The notes: generated by a model from the sequence alone, not told the origin. 64,000 nt of DNA from an uncultured Acidobacteriota bacterium (GCA_963803735.1 CAWDNV010000023.1:21406-85405), one strand, 5' to 3'. Counted from the first letter of the stretch, positions 17,963 to 28,380 are shown. Numbers and translations: made by a program.

Positions 17963-18576
17963 TAGTGGCGGCCCCGAGGCGCCCGCCGGTCGTGCGGCCG
18001 CACGCGGAAGGGCAGTAATGCCGGGACGCGTTCGCTATAGGCGGCGTAGGCGGGGCCCAAGCGTGCGTGAAGTTCCAGTTCTTCGGCGCGAATTGTAAGC
18101 AGCGCCAGAAACAGCCAGACCAGGCTTGCAGCCCACAACGGCGGTAACGCGATGATCAAACAAGCGCCAAGCACGCCAGACATCATACCGAGATAGCGAG
18201 GGTGGCGCACGCGCGTGTAGAGCCCTCGAGCGATCAATTCGCGGCTGCCGGCCAGCTCGGAATGACCTACGATGCGACGGCCGCCCAGAACGGCTTCGGA
18301 TTTGGCGAACGTGAAGACGTCGACGCCGATTAGGACTAAACCCAGAAGCGCAGGCCAGGAAACGCCATCCCGCCGAAAGAGTACCAGGTGGAAGCGGTAA
18401 AGAAGGAAATCCACGATTCCCCACGCCGCGACCACCGCCACCGGAAAAGCCGCGCGCACGTGTTTGCGCCAGAATAAGACCGGCTGGTGCAGAATCAGCC
18501 AGTAGACAGGCACTGGCATTTCGAAGGCAAGCACGAAAATGGCAATAAGATGGGCGGCTCTCGCGAGAATCGTCAT
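17962..18576 (-). CDS. Membrane methyltransferase of the ICMT/PEMT-like family.
   Basis: Multi-TM protein with the RHPRYLG motif and a C-terminal EE.L...FG..Y..Y segment. Confidence 0.7.
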   Translation of the reverse strand: MTILARAAHLIAIFVLAFEMPVPVYWLILHQPVLFWRKHVRAAFPVAVVAAWGIVDFLLYRFHLVLFRRDGVSWPALLGLVLIGVDVFTFAKSEAVLGGRRIVGHSELAGSRELIARGLYTRVRHPRYLGMMSGVLGACLIIALPPLWAASLVWLFLALLTIRAEELELHARLGPAYAAYSERVPALLPFRVRPHDRRAPRGRH

Positions 18577-18663
18577 TTAGCAGGGGCGGGCATTGACGGA
18601 GGTTGCACTTTCGGGCGACGATGCGCAGATTATCATAGCGCCAGTACAAAACGGGGGTTAGAG

Positions 18664-19020
18664 ATGGAGAAGACGTCCTGGGAAAAGCTTGAAGGCGAGC
18701 AGCTGAATAAGCTCATCTCGCGTCAAATGGTGAATGGGGATAATGCAACCGTCGCGCGCCTCCTCATGAAGCCGGGTGCGGTTGTACCCCGGCACTTTCA
18801 CGTCAGCGAGCAATTCTCGCTCATTTTGTCGGGAGCTTTGAAATTCTTGTTTGACGATCGAGAGGTAATCGTCCGCGGCGGCGAAGTCCTTTACATTCCC
18901 GCAAATGTCCCCCATTCGGCCGTAGCGCTTGAGGATACGGTGGATATCGACTTCTTTGCGCCCCGGCGGGAAGACTGGATTCGAAAAGAAGACGCCTATT
19001 TGCGCGAACAGAGCGCCTGA
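18664..19020 (+). CDS. Cupin-domain protein.
   Basis: Start at MEKTSWEKL inside the longer ORF. Cupin motifs PRHFHVSEQFSLILSGAL and GEVLYIPANVPH. Confidence 0.75.
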   Translation: MEKTSWEKLEGEQLNKLISRQMVNGDNATVARLLMKPGAVVPRHFHVSEQFSLILSGALKFLFDDREVIVRGGEVLYIPANVPHSAVALEDTVDIDFFAPRREDWIRKEDAYLREQSA

Positions 19021-19051
19021 GCGAGGGGGCAAGGCAATTCAGGAGAGTGGA

Positions 19052-21726
19052 ATGACCGAACGAAAACACAGCCGGTCTTTTGTGACTCAACAGGTCGAGC
19101 GAATCAGGCGGCGCGGACGTATCGCCGTCGTTTCGATTCTCGTGCTCGCTCTGGGCGCGCTGCTCGGGTTGCGGCTTCGCGCTGACGAGCCCTTTGCGCG
19201 CAGCCGCGATTATCACCTGCAGAACGCGCGCATCGAATTGCGGTTCGATTTGGATCAGCGTCAGGTAATCGGTCAGGTGACGCACACGATCACGACATTG
19301 AAGGATGGCTTGCGCGAGTTGGACTTCGATTCCGTGGGATTGAAAATTCTCAGCGCCCGGCTCGACGGCAAGGATGCGCATTTCTCGACCGACGACGCCA
19401 AACTGCATGTCGATCTCGACCGGCCGAGCAAAAGCGGCGAGAAGCATGAAGTGATGATTCGTTATCAGGGAAGCCCGAAGAAGGGTGTGTTTTTCATTCT
19501 CCCGAACAAAGGCTATCCGTCGCAGCCCAAGGAAATTTGGACGCAGGGCGAAGCCGAAGACACCCGCTACTACATCCCCATTTACGATTACCCGAACGAC
19601 CGCACGACCACAGAGATGATCGTCACGGTGCCGCGTGACTGGGTCACCGTCTCGAATGGCAAGCTCCAGAGCGTTGTCGATGCCGGGCCGGGAATGAAAA
19701 CGTGGACCTGGCGGCAATCGCAGCCAATCTCCACGTATCTGATTTCGCTTGTGGCGGGCGAGTTCGATGAGAGCAAGAAAACCTGGCGCAACATTCCCGT
19801 GGACTATCGAGTCCCGCACGGTGAGGCGGACCGCATCGAGCCAACGTTTGCGCGTACTCCTGAGATGCTGAGCTTCTTCTCGGATCGGCTCGGCGTGCCT
19901 TACCCCTGGGACAAATATGACCAGACGGCGGTGGATCAGTTCAGCCTGGGCGGAATGGAGAACGCCAGCGCGACCACGCTTACGGCACGCAGCCTGCTGC
20001 ATCCGGAGCTCGCACAGGAGAGCCTGGAAGGCGCGGACGGTCTGATCTCCCATGAAATGAGCCATCAGTGGTTCGGCGATCTGGTGACCACCAAGGATTG
20101 GGCGAATCTGTGGCTCAACGAAGGATTCGCCACGTTCATGGCCACGCTCTGGGAAGAACACCAGTATGGCGTCGACAACGCCGCATATTCCCGCTGGCGT
20201 TCACAAACGGCATATTTCCGGCAGCGGCGGTTGTTTAACGTGCCCATTGTGACGCACGAATTCCGCGACTCGACTGGAGTATGCGGGAAACATCTACGGC
20301 AAAGCCGGTCTCGTTCTGGAAATGCTCAGGGAACAGCTCGGCGACGATGCCTTTTTTCACGCGTTGCAGCATTATCTGGAAGCGAATCGGCTCCAGAATG
20401 TGGCTACTGCCGACCTGATCAAAGCCATAGAAGAATCAACCCACGTCGACGTCGATCGCTTCTTTGAAGAATGGATCTACGGCGCGGGCGCTCCGCGTTT
20501 TGCCGTGAGCACCACCTACGATTCGGGCGCTAAGCAAGTGCGCATGGAAGTGAAGCAAACTCAGGACGTGCGCGGCGGCCATGTGGGGCTGTTTGATGTA
20601 CCAGTAGAAGTGGCTGTCACTACAACCGCAGGATCGAAGAGCTTTCCCATCACGGTCTCGAAGGCCGACGAAACGTTTTCGTTTCCCGCCGATTCCGAGC
20701 CGCTGCTCGTTCTTTTCGATAAGGGCGACAAGATCCTCAAATCCGTGGAATTTCATAAGTCAGACGCGCAGTGGATCTATCAATTGCAGCATGCCGAAGA
20801 TGTCCCCGACCGCGTTGACGCAGGCGCTAGCGCTGGGTGATATGAAAGGAAACGACGCCGCAATCGCGGCGCTCGGCGAAGCCGCCGCGCACGATCGTTT
20901 CTGGGGCGTGCGGGTCCAGGCGCTTACCGCGCTGGGCAAAATTGGCGGAACCCAGGCGGAGAAAGCGGTCCTGCCGGGGCTCGCGGATAACGAACCCTGG
21001 GTTCGGGAAGTTGCGGTAGAACAACTCAGCAAATTTTCGGATGATCCGGCACTCGCTACGAAGCTGACAGAAATTGCTAATAAAGACACCGCATATCGCG
21101 TGCGTGCCGCGGCTTTGTTGGGTCTCGGCCAACGCAAGGCGGAAGGCGCGATGACCACCCTCGAGAGCGCGGCAAGGATGGATTCACCTGACGATGTGAT
21201 CAGGCGCGCGGCGCTGCGCGCCATGGGCGCGTTGGGTAACGACCAGGCTGCGCCGCGGTTGATCGAGTGGATCGAGCCGGGCAAGCCGATGCGCTTGCGA
21301 ACTGCGGCGATTGACAGCCTGGGAAAGATCGCAAAGAAGGATGAAGCGATCGAATCGCGCCTCATCGCACTGCTGAACGATTCCGATTTCGACCTTCGCC
21401 TTGCGGCCGTCTATGCGTTGGGCGAACGCGGCGATTCGGCGGCCATCGAACCTCTCGAGACGTTGCGCAAGAGCGGAGACATCCCTTCCGGCGGCGGCCC
21501 GGTGATCGAACAACAGATCGCACGGATCAAGAATCCGGGCGAGGGCCAAGAACGTGATCGGCAGTCGGCTGACAACTCAGGAAATCCGCCCGCTGCGGGG
21601 AATGGCGCCAACCAGCAGCCCAATCAGCAGATTGTCGAGCGTCTCGATAAGATCGACCAGAATCTGGCCGAAATGAACGAGCGGCTGAAGAAAATCGAAC
21701 AGCAACAGACGAGAGCCACGCCGTAA
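19052..21726 (+). pseudogene. M1-family aminopeptidase with a C-terminal HEAT-repeat region, interrupted by two frame changes.
   Basis: GGMENAS, HEMSHQWFGD and WLNEGFATF are in frame 2. The expected continuation EYAGNIYGKAGLVLEMLREQLGD is in frame 0 from about 20277. The HEAT repeats continue in frame 1 from about 20815. Start at MTERKHS (19052) with an AGGAGAG RBS. Confidence 0.7.
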
Positions 21727-21766
21727 TTATTCTGTAAGCCCATGGTGAGTCTGAAGAAGCCCGTAG

Positions 21767-23122
21767 TTATTCGGCAAGAAGCAAGATTCGTAGATCGCGA
21801 AGATTATTTCCCGTCGGTCCCGTCACGACCGTATCGCCAAGTTTATCGAAGAAGTTGTAGGAATCGCTTCGTGCCGCGAACTCTTGCGGATGTAGGTTTG
21901 CCGCGAGCGCTCTTTCCATGGTCTTGCCATCGGCGACGGCTCCGGCCGCCGGGCTCGAACCATCCTTTCCGTCGGTGCCCGCACTTAAGACGGCGATCTG
22001 CGTGCCGGCGATCTTTTCCACGCAGTCCAGCACAAATGCCGAATTTCGGCCGCCAATACCATTGCCGCGCACGGGTGAGCTGAGTTCTCCGTCCGCAATC
22101 AGGGCTACACCGCGGCCGGGATTCGCCTGTGCCAGACGGACAACTTCACTGAGCAGGTACTCGGAAGCCGCAGGGATAGGCCAGTCGTCAGTTGAATTAT
22201 CACACTCCGCAACGAATCCTCGAGCCTCGGCCGCATGGTGAGCGTGATGGAAAAGGTCGTGCATTGTTAGCAGAAGCGAGAAATGAGCTCGCGAAAAGGG
22301 GGGAGCGCCCGGCTTTGGTGTTTCCGGGATCGATTCGGGATGAGCAAATTTCGAGCCTATCGAAGGCGGCAGCTTGGAATCGAGATCATATTTCTCGATC
22401 ACCTGACAAGCGTCAACGACCGTAGTGGGATCGGGTAGCGTGGGCCCGGACGCGAGCGCCGATTCGAATCCCATGGGCACATCTGTGATCGCGAGGGTCA
22501 CTTTCATGGACGCCCCCGCAAGGGCGGCGAGGCGCCCGCCTTTTACCGCGGAGAGGTGTTTGCGCACCGCGTTGATCTCGTTAATCGAGGCGCCACAATT
22601 CACCAGCAGCCGATTTAGCTGCTGAATATCCTCCAAAGTGACGTTTGGATCGAGCGGCAATTCAATGAGCGAAGATCCGCCACCGGACAGCAAAAAGAAA
22701 ATCAGCGTCCGCGACTCGCATTGCGAAAGCAACTCAGTGATGGCGCGGGCAGCAGCGATGCTGCCGCCGTCCGGGATGGGGTGTCCCGCACCCATAACCC
22801 GAAATCCGCGCACGTAAGCGATGCTTTCGTGCGGCGTGACCAAAATGCCTTCAAAGGGAAGATCTGAACCGACAAGATCGGCAAAGCCCCGCGCCATGGC
22901 TACCGATGCTTTGCCTATGGCTATGACGACAATTCGATCGTAAGTTGCTAGATCGATTTCAGCGTCATCAATCCGGATTTGCGAGCCGTTCCGCGCCAGT
23001 TTTTGGCGCATGGTCAAGGGAATATCGAGAGCCGCTAGTGTTTCGTGAAAAATGTCACGCGCGAGTTGCTTCAGGTCAGGCACGTTCGAGCGCGCGGACG
23101 CCTGCCTGTGCGACGTCGACAT
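21767..23122 (-). CDS. Glycerate 2-kinase / hydroxypyruvate reductase-like (DUF4147 plus MOFRL).
   Basis: IVVIAIGKASVAMA N-terminal motif and the C-terminal GELSSPVRGNGIGGRNSAF motif. The start is ATG 23122 or GTG 23083, both overlapping the end of the upstream GlcG-like gene. Confidence 0.85.
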   Translation of the reverse strand: MSTSHRQASARSNVPDLKQLARDIFHETLAALDIPLTMRQKLARNGSQIRIDDAEIDLATYDRIVVIAIGKASVAMARGFADLVGSDLPFEGILVTPHESIAYVRGFRVMGAGHPIPDGGSIAAARAITELLSQCESRTLIFFLLSGGGSSLIELPLDPNVTLEDIQQLNRLLVNCGASINEINAVRKHLSAVKGGRLAALAGASMKVTLAITDVPMGFESALASGPTLPDPTTVVDACQVIEKYDLDSKLPPSIGSKFAHPESIPETPKPGAPPFSRAHFSLLLTMHDLFHHAHHAAEARGFVAECDNSTDDWPIPAASEYLLSEVVRLAQANPGRGVALIADGELSSPVRGNGIGGRNSAFVLDCVEKIAGTQIAVLSAGTDGKDGSSPAAGAVADGKTMERALAANLHPQEFAARSDSYNFFDKLGDTVVTGPTGNNLRDLRILLLAE

Positions 23123-23510
23123 CCTGATCCTCGCTCCCGTTGCTGACGCCGATCGCGCCCACGCACACGCCATCCACTTGTAAAGGGAGGCCGCCGCGCA
23201 GCGGTATTTGCCTTCCCTGGCTGGCCACGGAAAGGCCAAGGGAGAGCAGAACATTGACTTCGTCTCCACTGCGAGCGGGAGCGGAAGGCAGCCGGCGAAT
23301 GGCAGCGCAGTGCGCTTTGCGAATGGCAATTTCCACTGAAGAAAGTTTTGCGCCGTCCATTCGCGCAAATGCGAACAAGTGACCGCCGTCGTCAACGATG
23401 GCGATATCCATGGGGACTTTGATCTCGGCGGCGCGCGCTTGGGCAGCCGCGAGAATGGTTTGTGCCCCTTCCAGGGTCAATTTGGGATTATTGCGAGTTA
23501 CCGCGGGCAT
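23076..23510 (-). CDS. GlcG/HbpS-like (DUF336) protein.
   Basis: About 140 aa with LTLEGAQTILAAAQARAAEIKVPMDIAIVDDGGHL and GGLPL..DG..VGAIGVSG-like motifs. Confidence 0.8.
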   Translation of the reverse strand: MPAVTRNNPKLTLEGAQTILAAAQARAAEIKVPMDIAIVDDGGHLFAFARMDGAKLSSVEIAIRKAHCAAIRRLPSAPARSGDEVNVLLSLGLSVASQGRQIPLRGGLPLQVDGVCVGAIGVSNGSEDQDVDVAQAGVRALERA

Positions 23511-23525
23511 GATTCGTTTCTCCTC

Positions 23526-24503
23526 TCATTGTTTCCACACGCTTGGATTCAGAATGTTTGGTGGTCGACGGCCTTCGAAAAAGGCGATGGTGTTGTCGGC
23601 GGCCATAGTGGCCATGCGGGTGCGCGTTTCGAGTGAGGCCGACGCGAGGTGCGGCGCCAGAACCACATTCGGCCGAAGCAGGCCGTGACCGATCTGAGGT
23701 TCTCGCTCGAAAACGTCGAGTGCCGCGCCTGCGATTTGCCGCTGCTCCAGGGCTGCGATAAGCGCAGCTTCTTGCACCACCGGGCCGCGCGAAGTGTTGA
23801 TGAGGAACGCGGTCGGCTTCATCAGGGCCAATTCTCGCGGGCCAATCAGTCCGCGGGTAGCGGGAAGCAGAGGCACATGCACGCTCAGAAAATCGGCCTC
23901 TTTGAGAACGTCGTCGCGTTCCCCGTATTCTGCGTTCAATTGCACTTCAATTTCTCGGGGAGCTCGAACCTCGTCGTTATAAATGATCCGCATGCCGAAA
24001 CCGCTTGCGCGCCGTGCCACGGCACGCCCGATGCGGCCGAACCCGAGAAGCCCGAGCGTCTTGCCCCAGACGTCCGCGCCGCAGAGTTGATCGAGATTCC
24101 AACCTCTCCACTCTCCCGAACGCGCCAGCGCGTCTCCCTCGATCAGGCGTCGCGCGACGGCCATCAGCAGCGTCCATGCAAAATCCGCGGTGGTCTCATC
24201 GAGCACGCCTGGCGTGTTGCTGACTGCCACGTTGCGTCGCGTGCAGGCGTCCACATCAATATTGTCATAGCCGACGGCGATATTGGCCACGGACTGGAGC
24301 CGGGGCGCGGCGGCGAGAAGTTCGTCGTCGATTTTTTCCGTGAGAAGGCAGATCAAGCCGTCCTTGTCAGCGACGCGGCGCAGCACTTCGGCTCGGGGCG
24401 GCCGGTCTGAATCGCTCCAATATTCCACTTCAAAATGCTCGGCAAGCTTCGCGCGCGGTTCTTCGAATAAGTGGTGAGTGACAAGTATTTTCGGACGATC
24501 CAT
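23526..24503 (-). CDS. D-2-hydroxyacid dehydrogenase (glyoxylate/hydroxypyruvate reductase type).
   Basis: NAD-binding GLLGFGRIGRAVARR. Catalytic R/E/H context (INTSRGPVV ... APHLASAS). Confidence 0.9.
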   Translation of the reverse strand: MDRPKILVTHHLFEEPRAKLAEHFEVEYWSDSDRPPRAEVLRRVADKDGLICLLTEKIDDELLAAAPRLQSVANIAVGYDNIDVDACTRRNVAVSNTPGVLDETTADFAWTLLMAVARRLIEGDALARSGEWRGWNLDQLCGADVWGKTLGLLGFGRIGRAVARRASGFGMRIIYNDEVRAPREIEVQLNAEYGERDDVLKEADFLSVHVPLLPATRGLIGPRELALMKPTAFLINTSRGPVVQEAALIAALEQRQIAGAALDVFEREPQIGHGLLRPNVVLAPHLASASLETRTRMATMAADNTIAFFEGRRPPNILNPSVWKQ

Positions 24504-24706
24504 CCAACCTCGCCTCCGAGCAGAGACGGGAGATTAACATATCTGCACGCCCGCCAAGGAACTGTGGCCCGTTCTCCCAACATGGCTGCTTGTACTAGTG
24601 TGCCTCCGCAATATATAACGTTGCCCGCTCGGATAGACCGCTCGGCCGTTTAGCGCAGATCTCATGTCCGACCGTTGTACGGGATTGTAAGGAGAATTGG
24701 CAAAAC

Positions 24707-26332
24707 ATGTTTCAGCAGACGCTCAATCCGGCAGGGAATTTGTGGCTGACCGTACTGATTGCCATGATTCCGTTCGCGGCCTTGCTGTACATGCTGGCCG
24801 CTTTGCGCCTCACAGCTTGGCTGGCCACGATCCTCGGCGGAGTCATCACCATCCTTTTAGGCGTGTTGGTGTGGCACGCGCCTGTCCGCGATACGTTCAA
24901 ATCCTACCTGTACGGCGGCTTCACCGGTTTCTGGGCGATTGACTGGATCACCTTCTGGGGTCTGATCATCTTCAACACTCTCGTCCTCACGGGAATGTTC
25001 GACAGGTTCAAAAAATGGATGATCCACCACGCGACCGCCGACATCCGGATTCAAACCATCATGCTCGCTTGGGCATTCGGCGCGCTGCTCGAAGGACTGG
25101 TCGGATTCGGTTATCCGTGGGCGGTCGTGGTGCCCATTCTGGTCGGCTTAGGTATCACGGACCTCGACGCGATCCGCGTTGCAGCCTTGGCAAACAATGC
25201 GCCAGTTTCCTATGGTGCGCTCGGCGCGCCAATTCTGGGATTAGCCGCCGTGACCGGGCTTCCGCTGATGGCGCTTTCCGCCTCCGTCGGAAGCATCGTT
25301 GCGGTTCTGGCGTTGCTGCCTCCCTGGGTGCTGATTTATCTGGTGAGCGGCTGGGAAGGAATGATCGAAGCCTGGCCGTTGGCGATCGTGGGTTCGCTTT
25401 CCTATATCGCCGGCCAATGGCCTGTGGCGCGTTACCTGGGTCCGTATCTTCCGGATTTAGGCGGAGCGCTCGTTTCCTTCTGGGTTCTATTTCTGCTGGT
25501 GAAAATCTGGCGCCCGAAGACAATCCGGGGCTTCGGTGGCGCCGCCCTGGCTACTCCGGAAGCGGTGCATATGCGAAATCCGTCCGAGCCCGCTTTGGAC
25601 TTGGGTTCCGCGTCAGAAGCCCTCGCCGTCTGGTTCCCCTATATCGTACTGATAGCCGTCGTTGTCTCCTGGACAGGTCCGTGGTCCCATCTCCCGGCGG
25701 TGAGTTGGTTCCGCTGGTCAGTGTCGGCCAACTCTTCGGTTACCCAGAAGCCAATTCTGTCGGTTTTCAACTTCACGCCCTATGCCGGCGGCACCTCGAT
25801 TTTGGCCTCCTGGTTGCTGCTTCTGCTCATCTTGCGGCCATCATTGCAGCTCATCCGTCAGGTCTTTGCCAAGACCTTCAAGCAAATGTGGGGTGCGCTG
25901 TTGGTGGCATTCTTCATTTTCGCGCTCGCTTATATTTTCGTGTTCACAGGAATGGCCAACTCGCTGGCCTACGGTCTCTCCAAGATCGGCGTGTTCTTTG
26001 TAGTCCTGGCGCCGATTCTCGGCTGGATTGGCGTCGCGCTCTCGGGCAGCAATACTGCTACGAACGCGATGTTTGGTCCGGTGCAAGCGCTCACCGGCCG
26101 GCTCTTGAACCTGCCGATCCTGCTGCTGCCCTCGTTCAACTCCGTTGGCGCCGAAGTGGGGAAGCCCATCGCGCCGCAGACGGCCAGCGTCGGTGTTTCC
26201 ACCAGCAGGCTCGTGCGCAGCGAGGGCCAGGTGATCCGTCACAATATGGGCTGGACGTTGGTGATGCTCGCATACCTCACAGTGATATCGGCTTTCTTCT
26301 ACTTCTTCGCGTCCAGCTGGATGACGCTCTGA
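24707..26332 (+). CDS. L-lactate/glycolate permease (LctP family).
   Basis: 541 aa, polytopic. N-terminus MFQQTLNPAGNLWLTVLIAMIPF is typical of LctP/GlcA. Confidence 0.9.
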   Translation: MFQQTLNPAGNLWLTVLIAMIPFAALLYMLAALRLTAWLATILGGVITILLGVLVWHAPVRDTFKSYLYGGFTGFWAIDWITFWGLIIFNTLVLTGMFDRFKKWMIHHATADIRIQTIMLAWAFGALLEGLVGFGYPWAVVVPILVGLGITDLDAIRVAALANNAPVSYGALGAPILGLAAVTGLPLMALSASVGSIVAVLALLPPWVLIYLVSGWEGMIEAWPLAIVGSLSYIAGQWPVARYLGPYLPDLGGALVSFWVLFLLVKIWRPKTIRGFGGAALATPEAVHMRNPSEPALDLGSASEALAVWFPYIVLIAVVVSWTGPWSHLPAVSWFRWSVSANSSVTQKPILSVFNFTPYAGGTSILASWLLLLLILRPSLQLIRQVFAKTFKQMWGALLVAFFIFALAYIFVFTGMANSLAYGLSKIGVFFVVLAPILGWIGVALSGSNTATNAMFGPVQALTGRLLNLPILLLPSFNSVGAEVGKPIAPQTASVGVSTSRLVRSEGQVIRHNMGWTLVMLAYLTVISAFFYFFASSWMTL

Positions 26333-26422
26333 TCTGGAGCCTTTTGCTTTAGCGTGAGGGGCATCCGCTTGTCGAGCCGAACAAGCGCATTCCGAGAACA
26401 CAGCTTTTCGCCCGTAAAAAAG

Positions 26423-27268
26423 TTACTTCGCGGCCGCTGCGGACGCTTTCTTCTGGTCCTCCGCCAGCCTCTTTTTGAAGGTCTGTTCCCACCCATCGAT
26501 ATCCGCCAGGCAGCCCTGTTGGCCGTTGATGAAGGGGTTCGGCCCTTTGCCGATCTTCGCGTACTTCTCTTGCATGTGATAGAAGGGCGTATGCGAGCCA
26601 AGCATCACATCGCACGGAAGAATGCGTAAATACTTGTACGTGAAAAGAGTGTCTTCCACGATGAATGGATAAGTTTTGTTGTTCACCACAGGCGTCATCG
26701 CGTTGGGAGCGATGGAACCGGGAATCACCACATCGTAAGTCTTGCCATCCTCCGTAGCCTTCAGCGTCCACGTAGTATTGCCTTCCGTATGGCCGGGAGT
26801 GAGATGCGCCGTCAAAACTTCGTCTCCCAGGGTGACTCGATCCAGATGGTGCAGGATTCTGTCGATCGGATGCGTTTTTCCTCCCGGCCGAATCGCCTGT
26901 GTAGCCGGAACGTCACGGTCCATGATCATCACCGTGGCACCGGTCATTTGCTTAACGAGCGCGTCGCCTTCGCAATGGTCCACATGCGCGTGGCTGGTCA
27001 GCAGAATCTTGATATCTGTGAATTTGAACCCCAGCTTTTCCACTGAATCGCGAATCCACGGCACGTTGCTCTCATACGTGCTGTCGATCAGGATGTTGCC
27101 CGCGGGCGTCGTAACCAGAAAAGAGGAATGCGTGTCCGTACCCACGAAATATATGTTGCCGATCACCTTGTGCGGAGGAAAAGGCTTGTCCTCGTTTCCT
27201 TGGGCCATCAGATGAGCAGGAATAAGCGTCGCAATGAGCAGACCAAAGGCCAAACCTATTCTTCGCAT
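26423..27268 (-). CDS. Exported metallo-beta-lactamase-fold hydrolase, subclass B3-like.
   Basis: Signal peptide. HAHVDH zinc motif in a B3-like context (ILLTSHAHVDHCEG), a later TPGHTEGN and a distal H. Confidence 0.8.
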   Translation of the reverse strand: MRRIGLAFGLLIATLIPAHLMAQGNEDKPFPPHKVIGNIYFVGTDTHSSFLVTTPAGNILIDSTYESNVPWIRDSVEKLGFKFTDIKILLTSHAHVDHCEGDALVKQMTGATVMIMDRDVPATQAIRPGGKTHPIDRILHHLDRVTLGDEVLTAHLTPGHTEGNTTWTLKATEDGKTYDVVIPGSIAPNAMTPVVNNKTYPFIVEDTLFTYKYLRILPCDVMLGSHTPFYHMQEKYAKIGKGPNPFINGQQGCLADIDGWEQTFKKRLAEDQKKASAAAAK

Positions 27269-27334
27269 GCACTCTCCTTTTTGAAGCTTGCAGGTTTGAA
27301 GCTTACACGCTCTCAGCCCGCGAAGCCTTGCTTC

Positions 27335-28168
27335 TTACCGGTTCGGCGCCGCGGCCCCGGGATCGACGTATCCGCGCGTGCCGTCGGGCCGAATGGGCCC
27401 GGGCCCGAACTGAAGATGACCCAGATCGGCGTTATTCTCGCTGCACGAAAATTCCTTGGTCTCCTCATCGGGTGGTCCCAGGACCCAGGTTCGCGAATAG
27501 GTAAACGGCCTGGTATAAAACTTCGGGTCCTCGATCAACGTTTCCACGTGGATGTGATCGCCATCAGGCCGCGTCCAACGCTCCACCACGTGCATGGCAT
27601 CGCTATGCGGATTTGCGTTTTCATCGATCCACACCTTCTCGTCTTTAAATCCCACTGAATCGATCACCAATACGTCGCCATCCCAATGGCCAATTTCTTC
27701 TCCAAAGAAAGACACATCGGCCTCTTTCGAATGCTTACGAGTCGCGTCAATAGGAATGAGCCGAAAATAGTTGTACAAATACAGGAAAACGACTTTCTTA
27801 TTACCTTGCAGGACCTCAAACGGTAGCCCGCTGGCATTGTGTCGCGGGATTCCGCCAATAATGCAAAGACTCTCAGGATCGATGGTCGCGGTCAGATTAT
27901 GCTGCAATGCGGCTTCGCCCGCGGGCGTGAGAGGCAGCTTGAAGCCTGGCAGATCCTTCCCGATGTTTCCGACAGGATGTGTGTCGCGCGTGCCTTTCCA
28001 GTATCCGCTGAGGTCCGGGTGTCCATCAGCCGTTCGAGGAGTCGGCCGGTTCGATTTTATATCCGGTGCCGTCAGTTCTTGCGCGCCGAGAGTTGGCGCA
28101 GTCGCGAGAAACAGGCTAGCTGCAATCGCGCCAGCCATAAAAAACCGCGCCAGGTGCTTCGTCTTCAT
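27335..28168 (-). CDS. Exported protein of unknown function (paralog P3 of the cassette partner; no adjacent DUF6152-like gene).
   Basis: Start MKTKHLARFFMAGAIAASLFLATAPTLGA with a GGGAGG RBS. Shares DLSGYW, C..GG.PR, GHWDGDVLVI, NPHSD, ERW and DPKFYTRPW with P1 and P2. Confidence 0.7.
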   Translation of the reverse strand: MKTKHLARFFMAGAIAASLFLATAPTLGAQELTAPDIKSNRPTPRTADGHPDLSGYWKGTRDTHPVGNIGKDLPGFKLPLTPAGEAALQHNLTATIDPESLCIIGGIPRHNASGLPFEVLQGNKKVVFLYLYNYFRLIPIDATRKHSKEADVSFFGEEIGHWDGDVLVIDSVGFKDEKVWIDENANPHSDAMHVVERWTRPDGDHIHVETLIEDPKFYTRPFTYSRTWVLGPPDEETKEFSCSENNADLGHLQFGPGPIRPDGTRGYVDPGAAAPNR

Positions 28169-28380
28169 CGTCGACCTCCCCTGCTGGACCTCCGCGGCAT
28201 AGTGTCTCACTTTTTCGTCTGCAGTAGCCTCTGAGAATACGGTTCCCAGGATTTGGAACCACACCGGCCTTTGACGCCGGGCGCTCATACATCACGCCGT
28301 TGATATCCGCACGAGCTGAGACTAGACTGCGGCGTACACTACGGCAAGGTTCTACCAAATATGCTAGGGGGAACAATTCC

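Noticed and set aside
18821-20161. 446-aa ORF on the minus strand.
   Set aside because: It is antisense to the M1 aminopeptidase, whose catalytic motifs are unambiguous on the plus strand. The product is Arg/His-rich with no motif, typical of a shadow ORF in GC-rich DNA.
20266-20275. CGACT CGACT 5-nt tandem duplication at the first M1 frameshift, considered as the cause of the frame change.
   Set aside because: Removing one copy shifts the downstream frame the wrong way (to frame 1, not frame 2). It does not restore the reading frame, so the lesion must be a 1-nt gain or a 2-nt loss.
20760-21365. 201-aa minus-strand ORF.
   Set aside because: It is antisense to the HEAT-repeat region and gives an Ala/Ser/Arg-rich low-complexity translation.
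22461-22472. GATTCGAATCCC, resembling a tRNA T-arm.
   Set aside because: It lies inside the glycerate kinase coding frame, with no acceptor stem or anticodon arm around it. I found no tRNA genes anywhere in the window.
25015-26352. 445-aa plus-strand ORF.
   Set aside because: It is an alternative frame of the lactate permease gene. It is extremely Arg/Gly/Ser-rich and has no membrane character.
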